NCBI GenBank assembly: GCA_964645605.1
Contig: CAZYCE010000005.1
Coordinates: forward strand, 362 to 64,361
DNA: 64,000 bases
Direction: 5' to 3'
Source of the DNA: an uncultured Gammaproteobacteria bacterium
GTDB taxonomy: Bacteria; Patescibacteriota; Microgenomatia; UBA8517
The translations under genes were made by a program, and so were the position numbers. Shown here piece after piece: positions 36,818 to 45,924 of the stretch (the first letter of the stretch is position 1; each line of letters opens with the position of its first letter). The notes below the pieces were generated by a model, which saw only the letters and a program-made list of their open reading frames with translations, did not search any database and was not told where the DNA came from.

Positions 36818-37204
36818 ATGAAGACAGCCACAGACCCAAGACATTTAAGACGACGTGAGGCCGTAAAAATTCTTTTTGCAGAAACTTACACCCCGCAACC
36901 TAATCCCCCAGAACTTGTCCGGAAGATTTTGGTCCAAAAGGACAAAATCAATCGAATGATTAGCACGGCCGCACCGCAGTGGTCGATTGATAAACTAAAT
37001 AAAATTGACCTTGCGATCTTATGGCTTGCAATTTATGAGCTGGAAAATAAAGATACGCCCCCTAAGGTAGTAATTGATGAAGCAGTTGAGCTTGCCAAGG
37101 AATTTGGGAGTGAATCTTCATCTTCATTTATTAACGGAGTTTTGGGTACAATATATAAGCAAGTTCCTGCAAAAAGTGAAGAAGAACCAAAAAAAGATGA
37201 ATAA
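36818..37204 (+). CDS. nusB: Transcription antitermination factor NusB
   Basis: 'RRREAVKILF' N-terminus and 'IDEAVELAKEFGSESSSSFINGVLG' (NusB C-terminal helix signature). Confidence 0.8.
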   Translation: MKTATDPRHLRRREAVKILFAETYTPQPNPPELVRKILVQKDKINRMISTAAPQWSIDKLNKIDLAILWLAIYELENKDTPPKVVIDEAVELAKEFGSESSSSFINGVLGTIYKQVPAKSEEEPKKDE

Positions 37205-37439
37205 GGAATATAACGAAATAAAAGAATCTGTCAGAAAAACTCTTTCTGATTTTCTCGGCATAGAACCGGAGGATATCGAAGACGATTTTTCTTTGACGGA
37301 ACACCTTCATATGAAAGCAACAGACTTAACCGATTTTATTGAAATTCTGAACCAAAAACATTTTGACACTGAAAGTATTGATTTTGTCGAAATTGAAACA
37401 TTTTCAGATCTTATAGATGCACTCACTGAACAGCAATGA
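37197..37439 (+). CDS. Acyl-carrier-protein-like protein lacking the phosphopantetheine-attachment serine
   Basis: 80 aa, colinear with E. coli AcpP (IKESVRKTL..FLGIEPEDIEDDFSLTEHL ... FDTESIDFVEIETFSDLIDAL). The DSL motif is replaced by A-T-D-L, with Ser36 aligning to Thr. It overlaps the nusB stop by 8 nt. Confidence 0.55.
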   Translation: MNKEYNEIKESVRKTLSDFLGIEPEDIEDDFSLTEHLHMKATDLTDFIEILNQKHFDTESIDFVEIETFSDLIDALTEQQ

Positions 37440-38107
37440 AAAATATAAAAACTCTTAAAAATAGTTTTGTTAATAAAGATTTATTGGATCAAGCATTAAC
37501 TCATAGGTCATGGGTAAATGAACATAAGGGCACGAGAACTTCCAATGAAAGAATGGAATTTTTAGGAGATGCAATTCTTGAGTATGTAGTCTCGAAAGAA
37601 ATTTATAATTTGTTTCCCAACCGCGAAGAAGGTTACCTTACCGCTCTAAGGGCCAGTCTTGTAAATACGGTTGCCCTGGCGGATATTGCAATTAAGCTTG
37701 AAATCGGACAGAATCTTTTTCTTTCAAAAGGCGAAGAGGACGGTGGAGGTCGGAAAAATACATCTCTTCTTGCGGATACTATCGAGGCCGTAATTGGTGC
37801 AATTTATATTGATAGGGGTATTTCTGATGCCGAAAAATTTATACAAGAGAACATTTTGATACATGTTCATGAAAAGGCCAGCATGCCGCTAAAAGACTAC
37901 AAAAGCAGACTTCAGGAATATGTTCAATCTAAAGGTCTTTCTACTCCAAAGTATCAAGTTGTTGAGGAATCCGGCCCGGATCATAATAAAAATTTTGTTA
38001 TCGAAGTAATCGTAAATGGAAAATCGTGGGGAAAAGGAGAGGGAAAAAGTAAAAGCAGCGCCGAGCAGAACGCCGCTTGCCAGGTTCTCTCAAAAAAGAT
38101 ACAATAA
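37436..38107 (+). CDS. rnc: Ribonuclease III
   Basis: Catalytic signature 'ERMEFLGDAILEYVV', acidic 'DTIEAVIGAIY', and a C-terminal dsRBD (KDYKSRLQEY ... GEGKSKSSAEQNAA). Confidence 0.9.
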   Translation: MKNIKTLKNSFVNKDLLDQALTHRSWVNEHKGTRTSNERMEFLGDAILEYVVSKEIYNLFPNREEGYLTALRASLVNTVALADIAIKLEIGQNLFLSKGEEDGGGRKNTSLLADTIEAVIGAIYIDRGISDAEKFIQENILIHVHEKASMPLKDYKSRLQEYVQSKGLSTPKYQVVEESGPDHNKNFVIEVIVNGKSWGKGEGKSKSSAEQNAACQVLSKKIQ

Positions 38108-38111
38108 GCTC

Positions 38112-38336
38112 CATATGGTTACAATTCGACTTTCAAGATTCGGTAGGAAAAATGCCCCTTTTTACAGAATTGTTGTCACTGACGCAAGAAAGAAAACGAC
38201 GGGAGGGGTAATTGATTATATCGGAACATGGAATCCCATTAAGAAATTAAAAGAGATTGATAATGAAAAACTTTCATCTTGGACAAAAAAGGGTGCTCAA
38301 CTCAGTGCTTCGGTTAAAAAGATATTGGAGAAATAA
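38112..38336 (+). CDS. rpsP: 30S ribosomal protein S16
   Basis: 'MVTIRLSRFGRKNAPFYRIVVTDARKKTTGGVIDYIGTWNP'. The ORF-track start 38016 lies inside rnc; ATG 38112 gives the canonical bS16 N-terminus. Confidence 0.85.
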   Translation, partial: HMVTIRLSRFGRKNAPFYRIVVTDARKKTTGGVIDYIGTWNPIKKLKEIDNEKLSSWTKKGAQLSASVKKILEK

Positions 38337-38339
38337 ATT

Positions 38340-38567
38340 ATGAAAGAATTATTAGAATTTTTACTTAAAGGCATCCTGGGAGAAGAAAAATTTGAAATAT
38401 CTGAGAATGAAGACAACGGCAGGATTTCATATCTAATTAAAACCTCACCTGAAAACATGGGTCTTGTTATCGGCAAGGGCGGACGCATGATAAAGTCTTT
38501 AAGAAACATTCTTAAGGTGCGTGCTACTCTGGAAAAAACTGTAGTTTCTTTGAATGTTGAGGAATAG
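38340..38567 (+). CDS. KH-domain RNA-binding protein (YlqC/UPF0109 family)
   Basis: 'LVIGKGGRMIKSLRNIL' GXXG KH motif. 75 aa, in the usual position after rpsP. Confidence 0.8.
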   Translation: MKELLEFLLKGILGEEKFEISENEDNGRISYLIKTSPENMGLVIGKGGRMIKSLRNILKVRATLEKTVVSLNVEE

Positions 38568-38582
38568 GGTCTTCTCTTTTGT

Positions 38583-39269
38583 CTATTGACCAAAAGGGTT
38601 TGGATTTATGCCACCCGACAACTCAGGAGTTATCTCTGAAAATGCCGGCTGGGAAAGATTGCTTATTTCTGATAACAAGCTCCTCTCATCGGAAGTCAGA
38701 TCGGTCACGGCCTGAGTCACTGTAGGGATCGTTTTGGGAAGGGGCGCAAAAAACGTCTTTGTAACTATTGTGGCTTTCGCAATATCTCCGGACTCATCAA
38801 AGTCCACCTTGCTCACCAAAGTTACCGGAGCTATAGTATCTATAGATTTCACAAATGCTATCACCCCTTCCTTCGGTCCGCTTATTTCCACATTACTGGT
38901 AACATAGGACAAACCGGAATCTGAAACGGACAGTGACGATTTTATTGAATCCACAACCAACATATTCGTCAAAACTAATGACTTTATTTGGGATTGTACT
39001 TGAATTGCCGGATTGCTTTTGGGAAGAGCAATCAAAGCGGCGTTAGATCCGGTTTCAGACAATTGGGAAACTCTACTCAGAATATCATACTTGCTTGACA
39101 GTAACGATTGAATTTTTTTAACTTCGGTAATTTGATTTCTTAAATTTGTAATTTGACCTATACCGAATTTTCCGACAACAAAAAACAAAACCAAAATAAT
39201 AAGCGCCGGTGCAACGGACTTCAAAATCTGTTTGTCATTCTCGGATATTTTTATATTAATATTTTCCAT
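38583..39269 (-). CDS. pilO: Type IV pilus assembly protein PilO-like
   Basis: Bitopic: N-terminal TM helix (ALIILVLFFVVGKFGI), coiled-coil, then periplasmic domain. Follows pilM-pilN directly on the same strand. Confidence 0.55.
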   Translation of the reverse strand: MENINIKISENDKQILKSVAPALIILVLFFVVGKFGIGQITNLRNQITEVKKIQSLLSSKYDILSRVSQLSETGSNAALIALPKSNPAIQVQSQIKSLVLTNMLVVDSIKSSLSVSDSGLSYVTSNVEISGPKEGVIAFVKSIDTIAPVTLVSKVDFDESGDIAKATIVTKTFFAPLPKTIPTVTQAVTDLTSDERSLLSEISNLSQPAFSEITPELSGGINPNPFGQ

Positions 39270-39275
39270 ATTTGG

Positions 39276-39818
39276 CTATTGTACGGCAATTTGATTTAAG
39301 CCTACGTCCAAAGAATATTTGTTTTGTGTGTAATTAAAAGTAGAAAGTTCCACCTCATCAAAAAGTGTGGAATTTCTTAGATATTGAAGAAATGTGGTCA
39401 AATCTTCATTTGAATAAATATCCAACCTCATACTTACTTCTGAAGGAGTAATGCTAACTTCACTCATTTTCATGGTGGGTGATGAATTGTTAATCATTGA
39501 ATTCAAGCTGGCAACATTTTTTGTTGCGCTAGGTTCTTTTTTGATAGAAGATATTTTTCCCAGTCTGTCCTTTAGTAAAATCAATTGTTGCTCACTTGCC
39601 TCTAGTGCAGCAACCTGGGTCTTAAGTTGATTCATATTAGTATTGGCATTATCCAAACTAATCTTGCTAAAAATGAAAAAACCCACCATTCCCACGCAAA
39701 ATATGCTAAAGCAAACAATTAAAATGACGCCCAACGATCTGATTGTTTTAAGGGTAGAGGCAAGCCCTCTGCTTACTTGTAGATCCTCTGGTAAAAGATT
39801 CAAATTGTCGGGCGTCAT
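39276..39818 (-). CDS. pilN: Type IV pilus assembly protein PilN-like
   Basis: Short cytoplasmic N-terminus (NLLPEDLQ), TM helix, coiled-coil. 180 aa, immediately downstream of pilM. Confidence 0.6.
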   Translation of the reverse strand: MTPDNLNLLPEDLQVSRGLASTLKTIRSLGVILIVCFSIFCVGMVGFFIFSKISLDNANTNMNQLKTQVAALEASEQQLILLKDRLGKISSIKKEPSATKNVASLNSMINNSSPTMKMSEVSITPSEVSMRLDIYSNEDLTTFLQYLRNSTLFDEVELSTFNYTQNKYSLDVGLNQIAVQ

Positions 39819-39823
39819 ATAAG

Positions 39824-40837
39824 TTAATCGCGCATTGCAAGTCCCACAGCAACACCGTAAAGCGGCGCAAATGATGCAAGTTTTTGTGCAAAGCCGGCAT
39901 CTACCTGAACGTGCATAAAGGGATTCCCTGCCAGAACTTCCATACCAACTATTTTTGAAAAAGCGGTAAGCATCTCGGGCATACTGCTTGATCCACCTGT
40001 CATTATTAAAGAAGTGGGCATTTCTCCTTTTTCCTGGGTAAGGTAATAATTAATAGCTTTTTTGATTTCATCGGCAACCATACGTACCACAGAATCCAGC
40101 GCCCCTTTGATCTTGCCTTCGAGCTGGTCTGACGATAAACCGTAGGCTTTCTTATATTCCTCGGCTTGTTGCGGTGTTATCGAAAGTGTTTGAGAGACGG
40201 CCCTTGTAAACGCATCTCCTGCAATTGGCAAGGAGCGTGAGAAGGAAAGAAGGCCTTTATTGACTATGGCCAGATTCGTTGAAGATCCACCCAGATCAAC
40301 CAAAAGAACAGTTTTATCGGCTGGAGAGAGCGCGCGACTAAGTGCAATCAACTCCGTTTCAACAGCAACAGGGGTAAGGCCTGCCATGCGGACTACCCTA
40401 ACATATTTCTCAACAATCAGTCGTGGTGCCGCAACGAGAAGTACGGTAACCCCTGAGTCAGTTCCAACCCCCTCGTTTCTTTTCAAGACGGTGTGCTGGA
40501 CAATTGCTTCACTAACCGGTATAGGGATGTATTGTTCAGCCTCCCATTTTATCGCAGAGGCTATTTCGCTATCGGTCAGAGGCGGAAATTTTATCGTTCG
40601 AGTAAAAGCCAGAGGTTCGGGAATAGACAAAATCGCCTCTTTAGATGTAATTTTTGTCTCCATGCAAAGTTTTTTAATAACCTGGGCGATAGAAGCCATC
40701 TCTTTATCTTCTGACATTTTATCAACTGTGGTTCCCGAATAACCCACAACCCCCGATGAGACCAATGAATATGAAGCCCCGTTTTTTTCTAATTCAACAA
40801 TCTTGATAGTTTTACTTCCTATGTCAATTCCCAACAT
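39824..40837 (-). CDS. pilM: Type IV pilus assembly ATPase-like protein PilM (actin/FtsA fold)
   Basis: 'MLGIDIGSKTIKIVEL' phosphate-1 motif, 'VDLGGSST' phosphate-2, 'TGGSS' adenosine motif. 337 aa. Confidence 0.8.
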   Translation of the reverse strand: MLGIDIGSKTIKIVELEKNGASYSLVSSGVVGYSGTTVDKMSEDKEMASIAQVIKKLCMETKITSKEAILSIPEPLAFTRTIKFPPLTDSEIASAIKWEAEQYIPIPVSEAIVQHTVLKRNEGVGTDSGVTVLLVAAPRLIVEKYVRVVRMAGLTPVAVETELIALSRALSPADKTVLLVDLGGSSTNLAIVNKGLLSFSRSLPIAGDAFTRAVSQTLSITPQQAEEYKKAYGLSSDQLEGKIKGALDSVVRMVADEIKKAINYYLTQEKGEMPTSLIMTGGSSSMPEMLTAFSKIVGMEVLAGNPFMHVQVDAGFAQKLASFAPLYGVAVGLAMRD

Positions 40838-40897
40838 GGCAGTTTATATTTCATTTAACACTAAAACAGGCAGTTGCGTCAAGGTTGGATAATTTAA

Positions 40898-41770
40898 TTA
40901 CTGAATATTGACAGTCCCGTTAGGATAAAAAAGAGAAAAGCCGCTAAAGGGATAATCTGCCCAGCTTTGAAACACGTAGACGCTACGATTACTCACGGTT
41001 CCTCCCTCAGTACCAGACGTGCCTCTGGAGGTAATTTCCAGTCCCTGACTGGGAAAAGGGCTCCCCGCGCTAAAACCGATAGGCTGGGGGGAGGAGTTAT
41101 ATAGCATTCTGGCTTTTGCAAAAAGTAGGGCATTAGTGTTTGATCCTAAATCCGAAAGGTTAATTGTTTTCTTGAAAGCATAACTTTTGCCGTCAATTGT
41201 ACAGCCGTTGGTCACAGATTGTTCGAAGGAATTAGCCGGAGACCTCACGACATAAGGATCATAGGCACCTCTTACAATTTTAACACCGGAAAAATCCGTA
41301 AAATCCCTTACTGTTTGATAATAAATACTCACCTCCAAAGCCGGAGTTAGCCCATCAATTACCCCGCCTGGTACCCCCCAACAAATGTTGAGATCTGTTC
41401 CTGAAAAGCAAGGTTTATTGGCGCTGCAAACCAATTCTCCATCGGCATCATGGGAAACAAACCAAAGGGTCACTGTCTCGCCTGATGAAAGAGGTGTTTG
41501 GTGATTGTAGGTTAAAGACCCGCCGCTAACTACATTGACGGAATATGAAGCGTTTCCAATATTTACATTGGTCGCACCCTCACCCGTAATCAAAGCATTT
41601 TCGACCCCTGCCTCGGCAGCGGAAAAGGCGCGAACCGAGTCCGATTGTTGGGTGGTTGTGGAAATATCACTCACCGAGCGGGAAAGTGTAAAAAGTACAA
41701 CAGTCAGAACAACAGAAAGCGAAAGGAGAACCACAACTATAGCCTGACCTGATTCAAAACTTTTTCGCAT
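40898..41770 (-). CDS. PilX-like minor pilin / pilus-associated protein (PilX_N-type N-terminus)
   Basis: 'MRKSFESGQAIVVVLLSLSVVLTVVLFTL' resembles the PilX N-terminal domain. 290-aa secreted beta-rich remainder. Confidence 0.5.
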   Translation of the reverse strand: MRKSFESGQAIVVVLLSLSVVLTVVLFTLSRSVSDISTTTQQSDSVRAFSAAEAGVENALITGEGATNVNIGNASYSVNVVSGGSLTYNHQTPLSSGETVTLWFVSHDADGELVCSANKPCFSGTDLNICWGVPGGVIDGLTPALEVSIYYQTVRDFTDFSGVKIVRGAYDPYVVRSPANSFEQSVTNGCTIDGKSYAFKKTINLSDLGSNTNALLFAKARMLYNSSPQPIGFSAGSPFPSQGLEITSRGTSGTEGGTVSNRSVYVFQSWADYPFSGFSLFYPNGTVNIQ

Positions 41771-41820
41771 TACATATCAGTTTAACAATACAAATAGGCA
41801 ATTGCAATTCTCGGCAAAAA

Positions 41821-42339
41821 TTAATTTCTCAGATAAATTATTGTCTGCGTGGACAATGTCGCACCAATTTTCCCTGATTCAGATGCGTCGGTTGCCGTAA
41901 TATCAAAGGTAACCATAGCAGGCTGTGCGGGGCCGGCAGGATATTCACATATAAAAGAGCATGACGTGACCTTGATTGCACCGGAGGTTATACTGGTTGC
42001 TTTAGTTCCTGACCCTGATGCAAGCCGGCCATTAGTGCTGCCTATATCGAGACAAGAAAATTCCGTCAAGTTGCCGTATTGATCATAATAAGACAAAGTT
42101 TGGACGGAGCCGTCTGTCGGACAGGAATTAATTTTACTTGCATTCCTAAGGTTTCTTTCAATTACCGTTACTGAATAATTAAGGTTTTCCCTAACTCTGA
42201 TTTCGGATTCGCTCTTTTTAGTTCCCTGCAGAGTGAGTATTAAAGAACTTGTAACCAATGTTCCAAGAATGGCAAAAATAGTAATCGCTACCATTATTTC
42301 TATCAAACTTAAACCCCTTGTTAAATTTTCTTTTTTCAT
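41821..42339 (-). CDS. Type IV minor pilin (class III signal peptide)
   Basis: Prepilin motif 'RGLSLIEIMVAITIFAIL' (G|xSLIE with conserved Glu+5). Confidence 0.65.
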   Translation of the reverse strand: MKKENLTRGLSLIEIMVAITIFAILGTLVTSSLILTLQGTKKSESEIRVRENLNYSVTVIERNLRNASKINSCPTDGSVQTLSYYDQYGNLTEFSCLDIGSTNGRLASGSGTKATSITSGAIKVTSCSFICEYPAGPAQPAMVTFDITATDASESGKIGATLSTQTIIYLRN

Positions 42340-42803
42340 TTTATTGATAAATCGGTAGCACTACTGACTTCATGGTTTCCTTTTGAATCCTGCCAGGTAA
42401 CTGTAGTTGTTACTCTTGCAACATTTTCTGGGCATTGTGGGTCCGGACAGTCAATAATTTCAACATACCGAGAAAAGATGGTATCCGGAATTGGTAAGCA
42501 AGTCTTTGAACTCTGGAAACTCGGCCATGCAGACGCTGTCGAGTGGGGAAGACTGGCAAAACAATAAACAAAACCAGGTTGGGTAATTTTTGTTTTGAAA
42601 GTTGTATCGTTATTACGAACTTGTCGAAGCCATTCCATCGTTTCCTGAACATAATTGGTAGCTAGATTTTTATCTCTGGCATAGGCAGAGTTCTGAATGG
42701 AATTTAGGGCCACTGCGGTTGTGCCGGTTATAATTAGAGCTATAATCCCCACCGCAATAACCACTTCGAAAAGTGATTGTCCAGAATGTATTTTTGTTTT
42801 CAT
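42336..42803 (-). CDS. Type IV minor pilin (class III signal peptide)
   Basis: 'SGQSLFEVVIAVGIIALI' prepilin-like N-terminus. Its 3' end overlaps the start of the downstream pilin gene 41821..42339 by 4 nt. Confidence 0.6.
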   Translation of the reverse strand: MKTKIHSGQSLFEVVIAVGIIALIITGTTAVALNSIQNSAYARDKNLATNYVQETMEWLRQVRNNDTTFKTKITQPGFVYCFASLPHSTASAWPSFQSSKTCLPIPDTIFSRYVEIIDCPDPQCPENVARVTTTVTWQDSKGNHEVSSATDLSIK

Positions 42804-43288
42804 TTAATTGATCCTCCGGAATTAATACTTATGGTTACCGAATTGTTCGTTGACTGTTGAGTAATTTTGATACGCGCAATACTGCCATTCGGAATATTTG
42901 TTCCCTGTCCCAAGACTTTAAAGACGGTAGGGTTCGGCTGAAAACCTGCAACATCAAATGATATTCCGTCCGGAAGAGTATATGATTTAATAAGTGGAGT
43001 CGCCCCACAAACAGCTTTAATTTCATAAGATGATGCCGATAAGGTCAATCCGAACTGAATACCGTCCAAGGATGAGGTGCATCCTGCTGGTTTTTCTCCC
43101 GAAAGAGACATTTGCTGGGCCAGACGTAAATCTCCCTCAACCTGCTTGGCAATTCCCAATAAAGTTTGGCGTCTGGAAAAACTTCTGTAACTTGCATACC
43201 CAACACTAAAAAGAATACCAATAATGGTCATTACCACCAAAACCTCAATGAGTGTATATCCGGACATTCGATATTTAAATTTCTTCAT
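42800..43288 (-). CDS. Pseudopilin, GspH/FimT-like
   Basis: 'MSGYTLIEVLVVMTIIGIL' N-methylation motif. Confidence 0.65.
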   Translation of the reverse strand: MKKFKYRMSGYTLIEVLVVMTIIGILFSVGYASYRSFSRRQTLLGIAKQVEGDLRLAQQMSLSGEKPAGCTSSLDGIQFGLTLSASSYEIKAVCGATPLIKSYTLPDGISFDVAGFQPNPTVFKVLGQGTNIPNGSIARIKITQQSTNNSVTISINSGGSIK

Positions 43289-43307
43289 TAGCGTACTTCC
43301 TCTTAAT

Positions 43308-43751
43308 TCAAGGGTTTATGATTTTGTAATTGCAACCGGCCCCGCAATTTGACCCGCAGGTTACCGAGGTTCCTCCCTGTTCGAGTGAGGCGCAAAGGGT
43401 GTATGTAATTCCGTCTGAAGAATAACTATAGCTTCGTGCAGGATCCATAGAATCCTTAGGGATTAAACTTGAGTATGTATTTGGGGATGGACAGCTGCCC
43501 ACCAAAGGACTGCCAAAACTTACCTGAGCAGTGAGCGGGTATTTTCCACAGTCTGCTTTGTACATTTCAATCGCACTTCTGATTTGCTCCAAATCCGCTT
43601 TTCTTTTACCATCGCGGGCTGATTTTCTGGCCTCCTGCATTCCAAAAACTGAAAGAGCGAGTAATATTCCCATAATAGATATGACAACCAAAAGTTCTAT
43701 CAAGGTAAAGGCGGAGTATTTATAGCTATATTTTATATTTTTATATCTCAT
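43308..43751 (-). CDS. Type IV pilin (PulG/PilA-like)
   Basis: 'SAFTLIELLVVISIMGILLAL', then 'ARDGKRKADL' (typical post-helix motif). Confidence 0.7.
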   Translation of the reverse strand: MRYKNIKYSYKYSAFTLIELLVVISIMGILLALSVFGMQEARKSARDGKRKADLEQIRSAIEMYKADCGKYPLTAQVSFGSPLVGSCPSPNTYSSLIPKDSMDPARSYSYSSDGITYTLCASLEQGGTSVTCGSNCGAGCNYKIINP

Positions 43752-43753
43752 GT

Positions 43754-44296
43754 TTATGGACAGGAATTTATATTTGGCTGGGACGTGCTACTAGAAACCG
43801 TGCCAGATGAACAAAGAAACCAATATCCTTCCACATTCTCTGTCTTTGACCACAAAATGTATTTTATTGCTTTTAAGCTTCCATCATTATTATCTCCGTC
43901 AGATTGGTAATGGTAAAAATATGTATTATCAGCATTAAATTTGGGATCGACGGGGCAGGTACCCTGAGGTAAACCCAAAGTGCCGAAGCAAAACTGTTCT
44001 GCCGAAGCATTTAAGCCTGTATACCACATTGGATACATGCCATTTTTTTTATCAGCTAAAATTTCAACAGCATTCTGATACCATCTGAGGTCGGATTTTC
44101 TCTTGGTATCTCTGGCTTGTTTTTGGGAAGACGTAAATGAAACGGTGGCAAGAGCTGCCAAAATTCCTATTATTGAAATAACAACCAAAAGTTCAATTAA
44201 AGTAAACCCGCGCTTCTGTTTTGTAATTTGCAACTTGTAATCTATGTTTTTCATTCTATGGTTCGACCGAATATTGGCAACCTGCCCCATCCGCAC
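43754..44296 (-). CDS. Type IV pilin
   Basis: 'KRGFTLIELLVVISIIGILAAL ... ARDTKRKSDL'. An internal Met (MKNIDYK, about 44254) would give a 16-aa leader. Confidence 0.7.
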   Translation of the reverse strand: MRMGQVANIRSNHRMKNIDYKLQITKQKRGFTLIELLVVISIIGILAALATVSFTSSQKQARDTKRKSDLRWYQNAVEILADKKNGMYPMWYTGLNASAEQFCFGTLGLPQGTCPVDPKFNADNTYFYHYQSDGDNNDGSLKAIKYILWSKTENVEGYWFLCSSGTVSSSTSQPNINSCP

Positions 44297-44696
44297 AAGT
44301 TAATATGTTTCCGTCTAGGTCCGTATCACATTTTGTATCGCTTTTATTTTCAAGGCAAGCAGTTAGTGTAAAAGTTTCATTAACCGGATCGAAGCTATAT
44401 TGATATGAATGGTCGGGAAGGGGATCTTTGGGAAGTGCATTCATGTAAACAGTGCTCCCTGAAGAAAAAGGCTCTCCCCATACAATTGCGGTTGCTGCCG
44501 GATAGCTTCCTACATCGTTATAATAAAGTCTGAGTGCCGTTCGAACACTGTTCATGTCGGCTTTACGCACAGCATCACGGGCACGACTTCTGGCAGCATT
44601 TAGATTTGCAACGATTAGTGTTGCCAAAATTCCAATAATAGAAACTACTACAAGAAGTTCGATAAGGGTAAATCCCTGTTTGGCAGCTTTAATCAT
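44256..44696 (-). CDS. Type IV pilin
   Basis: 'KQGFTLIELLVVVSIIGILATL ... ARDAVRKADM'. Confidence 0.7.
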   Translation of the reverse strand: MIKAAKQGFTLIELLVVVSIIGILATLIVANLNAARSRARDAVRKADMNSVRTALRLYYNDVGSYPAATAIVWGEPFSSGSTVYMNALPKDPLPDHSYQYSFDPVNETFTLTACLENKSDTKCDTDLDGNILTCADGAGCQYSVEP

Positions 44697-44730
44697 AATT
44701 TAATAATACTATAAAGTTCCACGCGTTACA

Positions 44731-45300
44731 TTAAAGACCTGGGTCTGTTGCCCTAATATTAGGACTGGTAATTGAAAAATTGCAAGAAGCCGAGCCGCAG
44801 GTTACCCCCTCCGGAAGGACGGGTGGGGTAGTACAGTTTCCTCCAATACAGGCGTTACTATCCTGTGAATTTTCCAAATGTGCATAAAGTTGGAAGCTTT
44901 GATTATTGTTGGTGGAGCGGTAATAATAATTTAGCCCACCGGAAGGGTCTTTCGGTATAGATTTCAAATAAACCGTCTTTCCGTCAGTAAATTGCTTTTC
45001 TTCATCGCCCCACTCACAAGAGGAACCCGTTCCGTTTTCGGGATCGTATTCACACCCTAAAATATTTCCAGCCAAAGAACCCGGGTATCGTTCATTGTCG
45101 TTATAAAAAAGTTCCATGGCTTTGGCTATTTGGCTGAGATCGGACTTTCTCCGGGCATCACGGGCCTTCATTTGGGATGTTTGAAATGACGTCAAACTAA
45201 TAACGGCAAGAATTCCCAGTATGGCGATAACAACCAAAAGCTCGACAAGTGTAAACCCTGACCTGAAGCTACGATTCCTATGACTTGAGTTCGGTTTCAT
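44731..45300 (-). CDS. Type IV pilin
   Basis: 'RSGFTLVELLVVIAILGILAVI ... ARDARRKSDL'. Confidence 0.7.
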   Translation of the reverse strand: MKPNSSHRNRSFRSGFTLVELLVVIAILGILAVISLTSFQTSQMKARDARRKSDLSQIAKAMELFYNDNERYPGSLAGNILGCEYDPENGTGSSCEWGDEEKQFTDGKTVYLKSIPKDPSGGLNYYYRSTNNNQSFQLYAHLENSQDSNACIGGNCTTPPVLPEGVTCGSASCNFSITSPNIRATDPGL

Positions 45301-45332
45301 TGGCAGTTTATCAGTCTATATCAATAATATTA

Positions 45333-45923
45333 CTACTTTTTAAGTAATCTCGCCGCATCTTCTTCTTCACATTGCCGTAAAGTCTTTGGAATATCACAAT
45401 TTACCGAACGGCCAATATTGCAAATTCTCGTGCCGCAGCCAAGTCCTTCCGCCACTATCCTGGCATCGACTTCGGGCTCATTACCTCCTTCCATAGAAGC
45501 AAATAATTGATACCTATCACCATCGCTAATGTAGCGATAGCTTGCTCCCTTTTGCCAATCAGGGTCACGAGGAAGAACAGTCATGTATTCTCTCTTGGTC
45601 AGAAGGTTTGCGAACGCATCTTGCCCCCATACGCAAGGAATTGAGTTTATTACCCAAAATCCTTTTTCGTCTTTGTAGGGGGCATCACCGGGTTTAAGAC
45701 AATCCACAATCCTTCCATCTTCCGATGATGGGGGATAAACACCAAAATCTATTTGATATTGGCCAATTGCACCCATAAGAGATCCCATATCATCCCTTCG
45801 AACTTGATCCCTGGAACGCCTAAGACTTGCAGCAAAATTGGGAATGGAAATGGTTGTAAGAATTATAAAAATTACTATTAAGCTGATGGTTTCCGATTTA
45901 GAAAATATTTTTACTTTATGCAT
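45333..45923 (-). CDS. Pilin-like protein with degenerate prepilin motif
   Basis: Retains the post-helix 'SRDQVRRDDM' block and has a hydrophobic N-terminus, but lacks the G|FTLIE cleavage/methylation motif (KSETISLIVIFIIL). Confidence 0.45.
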   Translation of the reverse strand: MHKVKIFSKSETISLIVIFIILTTISIPNFAASLRRSRDQVRRDDMGSLMGAIGQYQIDFGVYPPSSEDGRIVDCLKPGDAPYKDEKGFWVINSIPCVWGQDAFANLLTKREYMTVLPRDPDWQKGASYRYISDGDRYQLFASMEGGNEPEVDARIVAEGLGCGTRICNIGRSVNCDIPKTLRQCEEEDAARLLKK

Positions 45924-45924
45924 A

